Source: Macrostomum lignano (Eukaryota). Taken from it: a stretch of 64,000 nucleotides of DNA. Both the position numbers and the translations under genes were made by a program. The notes below the pieces were generated by a model, which was not told where the DNA came from, did no database searches, and saw only the letters and a list, made by a program, of their open reading frames with translations. This document shows positions 30,843 through 50,150 of this stretch, piece by piece (position 1 is the stretch's first letter; every line of letters begins with the position of its first letter). The stretch is taken from positions 1 to 64,000 of the forward strand of contig NIVC01000625.1 of assembly GCA_002269645.1 (NCBI GenBank), written 5' to 3'.

Positions 30843-31074
30843 CCCTTCTGGAGTCCTTTTATTAGTCTGGAGTCCTTTTTCTCTTACTATTAAAAAAGAT
30901 ACATCCTGTTTTGCAGTTAGCATTCCTCCCATTTCGATACATTTACTCTTAGCTATTCATGGTGTTTAGCATGTGCAGATTTCTGATTTTGCCAATAAAC
31001 TCACAGCAATCCATGATTTGATCTTTTATTGTATTTTGAAGCTTTTTGTTCTTTTACCGACTAACTGATTTCAT

Positions 31075-34340
<3,266 letters not shown>

Positions 34341-34605
34341 CTGCATTTAACAGCCTGTCCCGTTGCCATGGCAACCAGTCCCCCCCCCCCTTAGATAGTG
34401 TAAGCGAATCTTGCGCATTGCAGCCAATTGAAATAGAAATACGCGAGTTTTATCAACTGCTTTAAATGGCTGATTTATTTGTTTTAGTGTTAGACTTGAC
34501 TATTGCAAATGGTAACTGACTGGCGGCTTTTGGCTGTCTATGATTCTATCTGTCTTCTTTTTTCTGCCCGAATCGAATTTTGCCTGTCACGTGCGCCTGA
34601 TCTGG

Positions 34606-34862
34606 CTCATCAGTTTACTGAGGCCTTGGCAACTGCAGTGAGCTTGAGTCATCAGTTTACTGAGGCCTTGGCAACTGCAGTGAGCTTGAGTCATCAGTTT
34701 ACTGAGGCCTTGGCAACTGCAGTGAGCTTGAGTCATCAGTTTACTGAGGCCTTGGCAACTGCAGTGAGCTTGAGTCATCAGTTTACTGAGGCCTTGGCAA
34801 CTGCAGTGAGCTTGAGTCATCAGTTTACTGAGGCCTTGGCAACTGCAGTGAGCTTGAGTCAG
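34606..34862. repeat. 42-bp repeat, six copies
   Basis: Unit CATCAGTTTACTGAGGCCTTGGCAACTGCAGTGAGCTTGAGT. Confidence 0.95.
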
Positions 34863-35015
34863 TTGCGCAGAAATTGAAATGAGCAAGCTCCAAGACAATA
34901 GACATTATTCGGCAACTTAGAAAACAAGGCAAGATTTGCGCATAAAGTACTTTATTGAATCCAGCTGGCCTTCGAACAAACTGACAACGGATTTGTCAAG
35001 TAAAGCCAAGAGTTC

Positions 35016-35455
35016 TCAGTAGCACTGGCCGTACCGGTTGGAGGCATTGATGGGCAGGCAGTAGCCCGAGCAGCACTGCCTGAAGCTCACGCACAGGTGG
35101 CCTTTGGCCAGACAGGCCGCCTCCGCTGCTGAACTCTGCCCGGACATCACTGCGGGGGCGGGTTGGGAATGGCGGTTACTGCTGCATCTGAGCCCTCACT
35201 GACAGTCCCTGCACTCCATCTGAGCCCTCACTGACAGTCCCTGCACTGCATCTGAGCCCTCACTGACAGTCCCTGCACTGCATCTGAGCCCTCACTGACA
35301 GTCCCTGCACTGCATCTGAGCCCTCACTGACAGTCCCTGCTACCTCCAGAGCTGCCCCTAGACCAGGCCATCTCAGTCAGCATAGGAAGTGACTCACCGT
35401 AGAGCAGAGTAACTATGAGCAGCAAAAGCAAAGTCTGCAACCGAGGTTGAGCCAT
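35016..35455 (-). CDS. Secreted cystine-knot (ICK/conotoxin-like) peptide A; exons 35455-35398 and 35149-35016
   Basis: MAQPRLQTLLLLLIVTLLY/VMSGQSSAAEAACLAKGHLCVSFRQCCSGYCLPINASNRYGQCY*. Signal-peptide exon, phase-1 GT-AG intron, spacing C-x6-C-x5-CC-x3-C-x11-C, and a minus-strand AATAAA near 34950. Confidence 0.82.
35180..35345. repeat. 32-bp repeat (about five copies) in the peptide A intron
   Basis: Unit CTGCATCTGAGCCCTCACTGACAGTCCCTGCA. Confidence 0.9.
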
Positions 35456-35665
35456 GGGTGAAGCTGTGCCGATCCAAGTATTCGGTCCGGTGTTGGGGCA
35501 ATTGTTACTGAAGTAGCAAGGGAGGATGCATTGAGCTCAATATGTCCGCAGACCTCATGCAAATGTCTATGGCCCAGACCTGAATGTATTCCTGTGTAAT
35601 ATGTAGTTCAAGTTTGAATATCAGCTTCGAGTTTGGTCAAGTGTCTGCTCAGAACAGCTGCCAAA

Positions 35666-35922
35666 ATGGTTTCCCATTTGAGCACAGTTATTATTTTGCT
35701 CGCAATGATTCTGTTTTTAGGTGAGTCAGTTAATTTGTGCGTTGTGAATTTTCTGCATACGTGACGGTTGTTGGAGCTTCCCAGTGCTCTTCTCCATTAG
35801 GCTACGACGCGGTAAACAACTGCTGGCTGGTCGGTGAGCACTGCTCGGATGGCAACCAGTGCTGCTCACACCAGTGCTACTCAAGCAACGACAGGTTCGG
35901 TCCTCTCGGACTCTGCCTCTGA
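35666..35922 (+). CDS. Secreted cystine-knot peptide B; exons 35666-35720 and 35801-35922 (alternative acceptor at 35777)
   Basis: MVSHLSTVIILLAMILFL/GYDAVNNCWLVGEHCSDGNQCCSHQCYSSNDRFGPLGLCL*. Phase-1 intron, spacing C-x6-C-x5-CC-x3-C-x12-C, AATAAA at about 35974 and 36000. Confidence 0.82.
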
Positions 35923-36284
35923 GTTGGTAGTACAGCCTGTGCTCACTTTTCACAATGCGATGTTTACTTAGCAAATAAACCTAAAGGTACTTATTTTTCA
36001 ATAAACATTTATTCAGATACTCTTTAGTCTTATCCATGCCACGTTTTGCTCAATATTTCGCTTTGATCTTGGTCTTCGCCACCTAGATACTGATTGCAAA
36101 TTTATCAATTCTGAGAGTGCAGGTGACAATGTGCTATTGTTGAGTCATCAGGGGTCTGTGATGTGAATACGGATGTCAGGGTGGGCTACTGTTGAGTCAG
36201 CAGGTGTCAGGGTGGGCTACTGTTGAGTCAGCAGATGTCAGGGTGGGCTGTCGTTGCGACAGCAGGTGTCAGAGTGTGCTATTG

Positions 36285-36785
36285 TTGAGTCTGAGAGTGC
36301 AGGTGTCAGCTAGGGTGGGCTATTGTTGAGTCTGAGAGTGCAGGTGTCAGCTAGGGTGGGCTATTGTTGAGTCTGAGAGTGCAGGTGTCAGCTAGGGTGG
36401 GCTATTGTTGAGTCTGAGAGTGCAGGTGTCAGCTAGGGTGGGCTATTGTTGAGTCTGAGAGTGCAGGTGTCAGCTAGGGTGAGCTATTGTTGAGTCTGAG
36501 AGTGCAGGTGTCAGCTAGGGTGGGCTATTGTTGAGTCTGAGAGTGCAGGTGTCAGCTAGGGTGGGCTATTGTTGAGTCTGAGAGTGCAGGTGTCAGCTAG
36601 AGTGGGCTATTGTTGAGTCTGAGAGTGCAGGTGTCAGCTAGGGTGGGCTATTGTTGAGTCTGAGAGTGCAGGTGTCAGCTAGGGTGGGCTATTGTTGAGT
36701 CTGAGAGTGCAGGTGTCAGCTAGGGTGGGCTATTGTTGAGTCTGAGAGTGCAGGTGTCAGCTAGGGTGGGCTATTGTTGAGTCAG
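36285..36785. repeat. 41-bp minisatellite
   Basis: Unit AGGTGTCAGCTAGGGTGGGCTATTGTTGAGTCTGAGAGTGC, about 12 copies. Confidence 0.94.
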
Positions 36786-37659
36786 CAGGGGGTCTTCAGT
36801 TAAAGCCGGAATTCATGCAGTTAGAAAGAAATTCAGACCGCAGCACTGCATGAGCCCTCGAGCTATCTTGAGTAGATAAAGGTACTTAATTGAGGCTTCT
36901 TTAGTACGTGAAGTCACTCCCTGATGTTCAAAAATGCCAACATTAGTTCTGGTCTTGCATTGTCACCTGCACGGCACTTGTGGGAGGCAATTTCAAGTGA
37001 ATTGAGGCAGCTCAGCACCCATAGCCTGGGGGTCCGTATTCTAGTTATAGCTATTCACCTTTGACAACTGAGCAATTAAGGAGCTCGGGGCTGACTCAAC
37101 TGCAGCCCGGGAATTGGTGGCTGCAGAGCCTCGGGGCATCTGAAAATTCTAGTGAGGAAAGCTCTGAGTTTGATGGCTTTCATATCAAGAAGTACTTTAT
37201 TTGGCGAGGGGTTTGGGAGCTTGGGAAATCATCAGATTTCTACCCTAAAATTGAGTAGCGCACACTTCGAAACTGCCAGGTGTCCGGGTTTAATCTCGGG
37301 TGTCCCTGAGCGGTTGTACGATCGCTACATCTGGCATTGAGCTGATGGTTCATGTGGAAAATGATATCCATAAAATATGCATTAGCTGTGGCCCACTTTT
37401 ATGAGTTCAGTGCCAAGTAAATTGAAAACTGGGGGGGGGGGCGGCAGAGCTCGGAGCTTGCAGTTTCCTGTTGACCTCAGCTTGTAAATTCGGCTTCATT
37501 TTACAACCTGGCCGAGTCTGAGCTGCCAGGTATGAAAATCAAATTAGCACCGATCAGCGTACAAGTAGAGACTGCAGAGCGCAACCAGAACTGCTCCAGG
37601 AGTGTTCGCTCTGTGGCGTCCTTTGCCGTCAGTTGGAATCTGTCCAAACTACCCCGAGG

Positions 37660-39885
37660 AGTCCCTGCTGTTCTCTTGACCGATCCGGGGGAATCCCTGC
37701 TGTTCTCTATACCAATCTGGGGAAATCCCTGCTGTTCTCTTTACCAATCTGGGGGAATCCCTGCTGTTCTCTTGACTGATCCGGGGGAATCCCTGCTGAT
37801 TCTCTTGACTGATCCGGGGGAATCCCTGCTGTTCTCTATACCAATCTGGGGAAATCCCTGCTGTTCTCTTGACCGATCCGGGGGAATCCCTGCTGTTCTC
37901 TATACCAATCTGGGGAAATCCCTGCTGTTCTCTTTACCAATCTGGGGGAATCCCTGCTGTTCTCTTGACTGATCCGGGGGAATCCCTGCTGATTCTCTTG
38001 ACTGATCCGGGGGAATCCCTGCTGTTCTCTATACCAATCTGGGGAAATCCCTGCTGTTCTCTTGACTGATCCGGGGGAATCCCTGCTGATTCTCTTGACT
38101 GATCCGGGGGAATCCCTGCTGTTCTCTATACCAATCTGGGGAAATCCCTGCTGTTCTCTTTACCAATCTGGGGGAATCCCTGCTGTTCTCTTGACTGATC
38201 CGGGGGAATCCCTGTTGTTCTCTTGACTGATTCGGGGAATCCCTGCTGTTCTCTTGACTGATCCGGGGGAATCCCTGCTGGTTCTCTTGACTGATCCAGG
38301 GGAATCCCTGCTGTTCTCTTGACCGATCCGGGGGAATCCCTGCTGGTTCTCTTGACCGATCCAAGGGAATCCCTGCTGTTCTCTTGACCGATCCGGGGGA
38401 ATCCCTGCTGTTCTCTATACCAATCTGGGGAAATCCCTGCTGTTCTCTTTACCAATCTGGGGGAATCCCTGCTGTTCTCTTGACTGATCCGGGGGAATCC
38501 CCGTTGTTCTCTTGACTGATTCGGGGAATCCCTGCTGTTCTCTTGACTGATCCGGGGGAATCCCTGCTGGTTCTCTTGACTGATCCGGGGGAATCCCTGC
38601 TGTTCTCTTGACTGATCCGGGGGAATCCCTGCTGGTTCTCTTGACTGATCCAGGGGAATCCCTGCTGTTCTCTTGACCGATCCGGGAGAATCTCTGCTGT
38701 TCTCTTTACCAATCTGGAGGAAACCCTGCTGTTCTCTTGACTGATCCGGGGGAATCCTTGCTGTTCTCTTTACCAATCTGGGGGAATCCCTGCTGGTTCT
38801 CTTGACTGATCCGGGGGAATCCCTGCTGTTCTCTTTACCAATCTGGGGGAATCCCTGCTGGTTCTCTTGACCGATTCGGGGTAATCCCTGCTGGTTCTTT
38901 TGACCGATCCAGGGGAATCCCTGTTGTTCTCTTGACTGATCCGGGGGAATCCCTGCTGTTCTCTTGACTGATCCGGGGGAATCCCTGCTGTTCTCTTTAC
39001 CAATCTGGGGGAATCCCTGCTGGTTCTCTTGACCGATTCGGGGTAATCCCTGCTGGTTCTTTTGACCGATCCAGGGGAATCCCTGTTGTTCTCTTGACTG
39101 ATCCGGGGGAATCCCTGCTGTTCTCTTGACTGATCCGGGGGAATCCCTGCTGTTCTCTTGACTAATCCGGGGGAATCCCTGTTGTTCTCTTGACTGATTC
39201 GGGGAATCCCTGCTGTTCTCTTGACTGATCCGGGGGAATCCCTGCTGGTTCTCTTGACTGATCCAGGGGAATCCCTGCTGTTCTCTTGACCGATCCGGGG
39301 GAATCCCTGCTGTTCTCTTGACTGATCCGGGGGAATCCCTGCTGTTCTCTTGACTGATCCGGGGGAATCCCTGCTGGTTCTCTTGACTGATCCAGGGGAA
39401 TCCCTGCTGTTCTCTTGACCGATCCGGGAGAATCTCTGCTGTTCTCTTTACCAATCTGGAGGAAACCCTGCTGTTCTCTTGACTGATCCGGGGGAATCCT
39501 TGCTGTTCTCTTTACCAATCTGGGGGAATCCCTGCTGGTTCTCTTGACTGATCCGGGGGAATCCCTGCTGTTCTCTTTACCAATCTGGGGGAATCCCTGC
39601 TGGTTCTCTTGACCGATTCGGGGTAATCCCTGCTGGTTCTTTTGACCGATCCAGGGGAATCCCTGTTGTTCTCTTGACTGATCCGGGGGAATCCCTGCTG
39701 TTCTCTTGACTGATCCGGGGGAATCCCTGCTGTTCTCTTGACCGATCCAGGGGAATCCCTGTTGTTCTCTTGACTGATCCGGGGGAATCCCTGCTGTTCT
39801 CTTGACTGATCCGGGGGAATCCCTGCTGTTCTCTTGACTAATCCGGGGGAATCCCTGCTGTTCTCTTGACTAATCCGGGGGAATT
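37660..39885. repeat. ~32-bp minisatellite array (GGGGGAATCCCTGCTGTTCTCTTGACTGATCC and variants)
   Basis: About 2.2 kb with higher-order blocks. The 442-aa minus-strand ORF is an artefact of this array. Confidence 0.95.
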
Positions 39886-39987
39886 GAGAGACGAAAATAC
39901 AAAAAATGTTTCAGTAGAGAACAGAAAAACCAACGCCAGTTACTTTTTATTACAACACAGTTTGATCCAAGCGCACAGATCCGAGTG

Positions 39988-40211
39988 TCACAGGCGATTA
40001 TCGTCCGGCATTTCGTGAATTCCCCGCTTGCTGGCCCTGGTCGGGAGTCTCGAACATCCATCGGACACGGCGAAAGCTGTGGGTGCGCCGGAGGACGCTG
40101 TGAACTTGCCATTTAGAATTCTATTCAGTTTATCAGCTTTGTGAGCTCACCCACGAGCAGCATGACCAGCGCGATGACAGCAAGGAGGCCTGGCCAGTGC
40201 TGAGCAGCCAT
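39988..40211 (-). CDS. Small secreted peptide precursor (56 aa) with a KR site; exons 40211-40151 and 40097-39988
   Basis: MAAQHWPGLLAVIALVMLLV/ASSGAPTAFAVSDGCSRLPTRASKRGIHEMPDDNRL*. 53-bp phase-1 GT-AG intron and AATAAA about 35 nt after the stop. Confidence 0.62.
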
Positions 40212-40939
40212 GGGTCTGCGGCTTTGGAGAGATTGAAGTTGGCAAGTTAACCCAGTTCGAACTGCTTATAACCCTGCTAATCATGGCATTCTGCCGCCTG
40301 CATCGGGTCTGTGATGGAATTCCCATGGGCTCTCCTGGCCATAGACAGTTCGCTCACTTCCTTCTCAGAGTTCTCAGGATTTGTGTTCGATTATGTCATT
40401 AACCAGTCAGTGATGATGTCAGTGACCAGTCAGTGATGATGTCAGTGACCAGTCAGTGATGATGTCAGAGACCAGTCAGTGATGATGTCAGAGACCAGTT
40501 CACTCTGTTTGTCTCTCGGGAGTTATCTGCAGCTGCTGTTTGCAGTCTCCAAGCGGCTTCAGCCATCATAAATAAAGTGCATCAAGAGTCCGGCCGAGCG
40601 CTGCTGTGTGGGGAGCACCCGACTGCAGGGTAAAATTGGGTAAAAAGTTATCTAAGAAAATCTTGCAGTCGGCAATCAGCCGCCCCCCCCTGGCAATCTG
40701 GGCTGATTGAATTTCTGTAACAAGATTTGGCACCGCTGGATGATGAGGCAGGGGAGAGGGGAGCCAGCCGGACTCATTAGCTCGAGCTGCTGAGCTTTGA
40801 ATATTCGTGAGCAGGGCGGGCCATCAAGGCTGAGCTGCATGGTCCCAGCTCAGGGAGTTGCAGCGAGAGACTTCCCCGTTGGAAATGAGTGGCAGTCTCA
40901 GCCAGTTCTCCCTATTGGTCACAGGTGCCGGCGGGGGGG

Positions 40940-40972
40940 TCCGGCCCGCGGATTCGAACCGCGCACGGCCGA
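40940..40972 (-). other. tRNA T-arm/B-box-like hairpin, possibly a SINE head or tRNA relic
   Basis: The minus strand reads CGCGG-TTCGAAT-CCGCG inside a larger TCGGCC/GGCCGG stem. No full cloverleaf seen. Confidence 0.3.
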
Positions 40973-41332
40973 TCGCAGGGGGTTTCAGCTACTCGAATCG
41001 CTCAAGTGCGAGGCCCCCGAGAGGCAGGGCGGGCACTGAAGTGACAGGCAATCAGGGCGGGGATTCGGTCTTATCGGTGTCCCTGCAGACTGGCAGGGGG
41101 TTGCGGCCGGGAGAAATTCGGAAGAAATTGAGGAGAGGCCAGGAAATTTCGGGAACAGGCGGGGCGTGGAGAGGCGAAACTCGATCCAGAGCGCGGGAGA
41201 AATATCCCAGCTAAGCCGGTGGGGAGCCGCAATTGTGGTGCACGGGAATGAGAAATTGAGACGCATTAAAGTGGAATCCGCCGGCTGAGCAGCTGCGGCT
41301 GGGAGATTGCCGCTGTTCTTGGCAACAACACA

Positions 41333-41780
41333 GCCTCCTGACCCTCATCATAGCCTCCCGATCCTCAGCCCAGCCTCCTGACCCTCATCATAGCCTCCCG
41401 ATCCTCAGCCCAGTCTCCCGATCCTCAGCCCAGCCTCCTGACCCTCATCATAGCCTCCTGACCTTCAGCACAGCATCCCGATCCTCAGCGCAGTCTCCCG
41501 ATCCTCAGCACAGCCTCATGATCCTCAGCGCAGTCTCCCGATCCTCAGCCCAGCCTCCTGACCCTCAGCACAGCTTCCTGACCTTCATAATAGCCTCCCG
41601 ATCCTCAGCCCAGCCTCCTGACCCTTATTATAGCTTCCTGACCTTCAGCAAAGCATCTCGATCCTAAGCACAGCCTCCTGATCCTCAGCCCAGCCTCCTG
41701 ACCCTCAGCACAGCCTCCTGACCCTCAGCACAGCCTCCTGACCCTCAGCACAGCCTCCTGACCCTCAGCACAGCCTCCTG
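41333..41780. repeat. Degenerate ~20-bp CAGCCTCCTGACCCTCAGCA repeat
   Basis: Direct reading. Confidence 0.85.
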
Positions 41781-42624
41781 ATCCTGTCTTTGCCTCCCTC
41801 TACCCCTCTCGCTCTCCCCTCTCTCCTTCTCTGTCCCCAATGCATCCCCCAGACTCTATCAGCTCCATCCTGTCCAGCTGCGGCTCTCCAGCTCCCTGAG
41901 TCAGCTTTTCTCGCCCACCGTGAGCTTCCGCATTGTCTCTCTGGCTTCCTCGTCTCCCTGCCCCACTCGCCTCCCCGGACACAGAATCTGCAGTCGCCAT
42001 CCAAAGCAGATTTGTCACACTGCATCACTCTGACCAGATCCCTCAATTCACCCCCTCACCCGATGAAGTCCCAGCCGAGAGCTCCCATAATTGAAGCTGC
42101 TCCGATCAATCTGTGTGGGATTTGGGAACCCTGGCCAGTCCCCACCCGGACTCGAGCCGTGGTTGCTGAATTTGCTCCATTCTAAACAGCAAGATCTGCC
42201 GTTGGTCTGTTTGCCTGCATCTTGAGCAGTGTAGCAAAAGCATGAAAATTCCGCATTGTAAATTCTGTGCGCCAGTTTAATACAGAAGATATTCAGATTT
42301 TGTTATATAGATTTGTCCCACTTGCAAGCACTCGGCACTGGTTGTCAAGCACACAGCTGCACTCTCGGGCTGAGTGGGCCAACAGCTGCGTGAGTGACTA
42401 GTGAGCCACCGGAGGGTCAAGTGGGAAAGGCGGAGTCGCTCCTCCCACAGCCCACCGCCCCGGAGCCGCATTATTTGGCTGTCATGCAATTCGCGTTGGA
42501 CTCTTAGACTCCTGTGACTGCATAACTGTTCTCCAGCGGCAGGGAGAGCTGTGGCCTCAGCAGATCCACCCAGGCCGACTCAGCTGTTAGATAGTCCTGA
42601 ATTGTGTGGATGCTCGGTGATGTG

Positions 42625-43025
<401 letters not shown>

Positions 43026-43360
43026 ACATTCAGGCACAGCCAGTTTGATGGGATCAGCTCTTACGCAGCTGGCACGCTATCATTTTCCCGATTTCAGAAT
43101 CCAATTTCACTGTCGGCTGTTCATTGCCCCCCGCTCAGCGAGTCCTGATGCCCGGGGATTAGGGGTCCGGACAGCCAATCGGAGGGGACCAGGCCGACCC
43201 CCGCCGAGCAGCTTCAGATTATCTAAGCAGCTTCCAGTCCGGCCAGGCGGGAGATGCCGACAGCTCCCTGACAGATCCCAGCACCCAAATCCCATCTTTT
43301 CTAACGGTAATTTATCATCGCCGAGGCTGAGAGCAGTCCGGAAGATCGAAATCTGCCACC

Positions 43361-43674
43361 ATGGCCGCCGCAGCCAGGGATTTGAGCGGCTATGCGATTC
43401 TACTGGCGCAGGACTTGAGCACAGACCGTTGCCGTCTCCTGGGTGAGTCTTCTCAGCTCACTTGTGCTGCCTCGCGTTATGCCAGCTTGCGCTTCTTCTG
43501 TCAGTAACGATTTGTTATAACATTATAAATGTTGCACTGAATTCTCCTATCACAGGCCTCAGCTGCGACTATACCGAAGATTGCTTCGATGAAGTATTTG
43601 CGATCAACGACATCCCCCTGTCTGACATTGTCGGGTGCTCCGACGATGACGAGCGAATGTTTCTGATTGAAATG
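43361..43674 (+). CDS. Two 5' exons of an unidentified protein (43361-43442, 43556-43674); possibly the N-terminus of the downstream MAGUK
   Basis: GCCACCATGG start context. MAAAARDLSGYAILLAQDLSTDRCRLL/GLSCDYTEDCFDEVFAINDIPLSDIVGCSDDDERMFLIEM/ with a phase-matched GT-AG intron and a further donor at 43675. Confidence 0.5.
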
Positions 43675-45961
43675 GTGAGACACACTGTGTGGCATCATCA
43701 TTTGATTGTTTTTCAATAACAGTTTTCGGAATTACTATAGCTTCATGTATAGCTCGTATTTATTTTTAATTTTCATGTTCATTTAAACGAGTAACGATAG
43801 TTTAATAAAAAAATAACGAGACTTAGCTTTCACTCTATATATCATTTTGATGGGCAAAACCAGCAGAGCTTATTTTTAAGTCTACAGTAACAAACAGCTA
43901 CTTTTATAAAACAAAAAGCGCATTTTTTGCAAAAGAATAAATTGCAAAATGCAAAAACCACGAATTTAATAAAGTTTGTTAAGCTACAATATTTAGAATA
44001 TTTAAAAATTAGAACCGACTAAGAAATCGGAAGTTTCGGCCTCTTCTAAAGCACGTTTTTTGAGTTTAATGATTTTATAAAACAATAATTTTCGTTTCAA
44101 TTCGACTCAAAGTATGCTTTACAGGTAAGCTTTTTAAATATCAAGTTTTTTCTTCAAAAAATGACTACCACAGTCAAACTAACTGTAGTATACTGCCACA
44201 GTTGAATAGTTATTTCTATAAATTCCAACTAAATTCAAATCATTTCAATTGGAATTGGCTGCAAAATTGGTCTAGTTTTAAAACCATGTTATCATAAAGC
44301 TTAAGACAGTTTTTTGATTCAGTAGATTTTTTGAATTTCCTGTTTTGATTTCACAGTTAGGTAAAAAATAGATTTTACAATGTTAAAAATATCTAGGCTA
44401 CTTATTATTTTTTAATTAAGCTAATAACAGGCAAATGTTCAGGCATGGCATGGGATAGGTTAAAATGGAATTTGTAGGCCATATTTTCTTCTATAGTTTT
44501 AATTTGTAAATTAAGAGTTTTGATTATAGGTATAGAAGATGCTTGCTTTTTTCAATTAGAGTCATTTTACAATATAGGCCTATTATGTCTTAAATTATCT
44601 ATTGACTAATAAAATATATAGACTGTAGCTTGGGCTTTAAATTCATAAATTTCTCAATATATAAAATTTATTTAGTTATCAATTATCAAGCATTGTATAT
44701 AACTCACTAAAGTTTTGATACATTAAGTTCTAAACACTAAATTCTAAGGCCTTTTAGCTTATTACTAATAATATATATAGTCATTTTATTTAGTCAAGCC
44801 TATATAACTATGTAACTTTTAGCTGGTAGCAGTTTCTTTGAGTTCAAATGCAAGTTTTGTTGAAAAATTTAAACTCAATAATTTTTGAATTTTTCTACTC
44901 AGTAATAATGCTCCATCTGCTCTACTATATAAGTAGTAACAGCGAAAATAATCTATAGTGCTCAAATATTTACTTAGAAAAAAATAGCTATGTCAAGAAT
45001 GCAATTTATCCCAAGCCTGGCTCATTGCTGGCCCAGCAGGCATTTAATGTCAGCTGCGAAATAAGGCCTGTCAATTCACTGTAAAGGGTCGGTAACTCAG
45101 AGTAACGAATTTCTATGAGATACATGTGTTTCACCGCTTAGGAACTCGCCAATCTTCGCTACAGAGTCAGGTCGGGGCCCGATAGCCCCCCCCCCATCTC
45201 GCATTCGCCGTATCGCCTCGGCTCCGCCCGCAGACCCGCCCTTTTTCGGGGCTTTGCAGAATACTCGAATGCCGCGTGTAGCCACCCCCTGCTTCACCTA
45301 CTCTCTTTCGAGCTTGAAACGCGGTCAAAGGCTCGATTAAAGCTCTAAAGCTTTGTAGGGAGTTGAGGTGGCGAAGGCCGGCTCGGCTCGACACGGTGCC
45401 TGAGTGAAGTTTCCGCCCGAGCGAGAAGAGAATTCGAAGTGGCCTCGGCCAGCAGGGCCGACCTGCCTGCCCCCCCCCTGCCCGCCACCCCCGCCGCGAG
45501 TGCGCGAGGGGCAGCCGCAGCTCCGCCAACCCGCCTCTTCTTTTTACTTTCTTTACCCCCCCCTTCTGCCGATTTTGCAGCCCACCTGCGGTCTGCGCTG
45601 GCGCAACCTCCCTCCCTCCCGCTCACTCCCGCATGCCTGCTTGGGCTATAAGAGTCTCCGGAATAAAGCGACTTCGCCATTGCTGCATGCCGTGCAAAAC
45701 TACAGAGTGTGCCTGTGTGCTCTCCAATGTTCTCGATAGAGCCAGTGACCAAGGCGGCTTATCTCTTTGCCTAAATCTCGGCGAATCTCACTATATTTTT
45801 ATTGTAGCCTATTCTAGAAACTTGCGTAAGTTTGCCCCATACTCGTTGTTCAGATCGCTGAGCGCTATGGGAGCCCGATTAATTTCCCGTTGAGCATTCT
45901 CCCCCCGCCATGAATATCTCCTAACGAGAGCTGATAAGCAGCTAGTTGCAGCTGGCTTCCA

Positions 45962-46330
45962 GTAGCCCCCTCTGTAGCTGGCGCCCCTTCTGTAGCTGGC
46001 GCCCCCTCTGTAGCTGGCGCCCCTTCTGCTAGCTGGCGCCCCTTCTGCTAGCTGGCGCCCCCTCTGTAGCTGGCGCCCTTCTGCTAGCTGGCGCCCCTTC
46101 TGCTAGCTGGCGCCCCTTCCTTCTGCTAGCTGGCGCCCCTTCTGTAGCTGGCGCCCCCTCTGTAGTTGGCGCCCCCTCTGTAGCTGGCGCCCCTTCTGCT
46201 AGCTGGCGCCCCTTCTGCTAGCTGGCGCCTCTTCTGCTAGCTGGCGCCTCTTCTGCTAGCTGGCGCCTCTTCTGCTAGCTGGCGCCTCTTCTGCTAGCTG
46301 GCGCCCCCTCTGTAGCTGGCGCCCCCTTTG
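45962..46330. repeat. 19-bp repeat (TGCTAGCTGGCGCCCCTTC) ending at the MAGUK-1 acceptor
   Basis: About 19 copies. Confidence 0.92.
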
Positions 46331-46339
46331 GATCCGCAG

Positions 46340-49612
<3,273 letters not shown>

Positions 49613-49729
49613 ACTCCGCGTGCTGGCGTGAAGGCCGGGGTTCGAGACTTAGGATTCGCAATTTTTTACATTGGGGTGGGTTGGGATCAGGATTTTAAAC
49701 ACTGGGATTTAAGGTCTCATATATTGGGG

Positions 49730-50150
49730 ATCTGGGAAGTCAGATATTGGGAATGTAGGATATCAGATATTGAGGATCTGGGATGTCAGATATTGGGGAT
49801 CTGGGATGTCAGGTATTGGGGAGCTGGGATGTCAGGTATTGGGGATCTGGGATGTCAGGTATTGGGGATCTGGGATGTCAGGTATTGGGGATCTGGGATG
49901 TCAGATATTGGGGATCTGGGATGTCAGTTATTGGGGATCTGGGATGTCAGGTATTGGGGATCTGGGATGTCAGTTATTGGGGACCTGGGATGTCAGGTAT
50001 TGGGGATCTGGGATGTCAGTTATTGGGGATCTGGGATGTCAGTTATTGGGGATCTGGGATGTCAGTTATTGGGGACCTGGGATGTCAGGTATTGGGGATC
50101 TGGGATGTCAGTTATTGGGGATCTGGGATGTCAGGTATTTGAAATCCAAG
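49730..50150. repeat. 23-bp repeat (ATTGGGGATCTGGGATGTCAGGT) downstream of MAGUK-1
   Basis: About 17 copies. Confidence 0.93.

Noticed and set aside
34606-34862. Minus-strand CTGATGA in each 42-bp unit suggesting hammerhead ribozymes in satellite DNA
   Set aside because: No GAAA core or compatible helices could be found.
42270-42400. Minus-strand exon-like stretch reading CSCVLDNQC
   Set aside because: Only three cysteines, no CC pair, and no upstream signal exon found.
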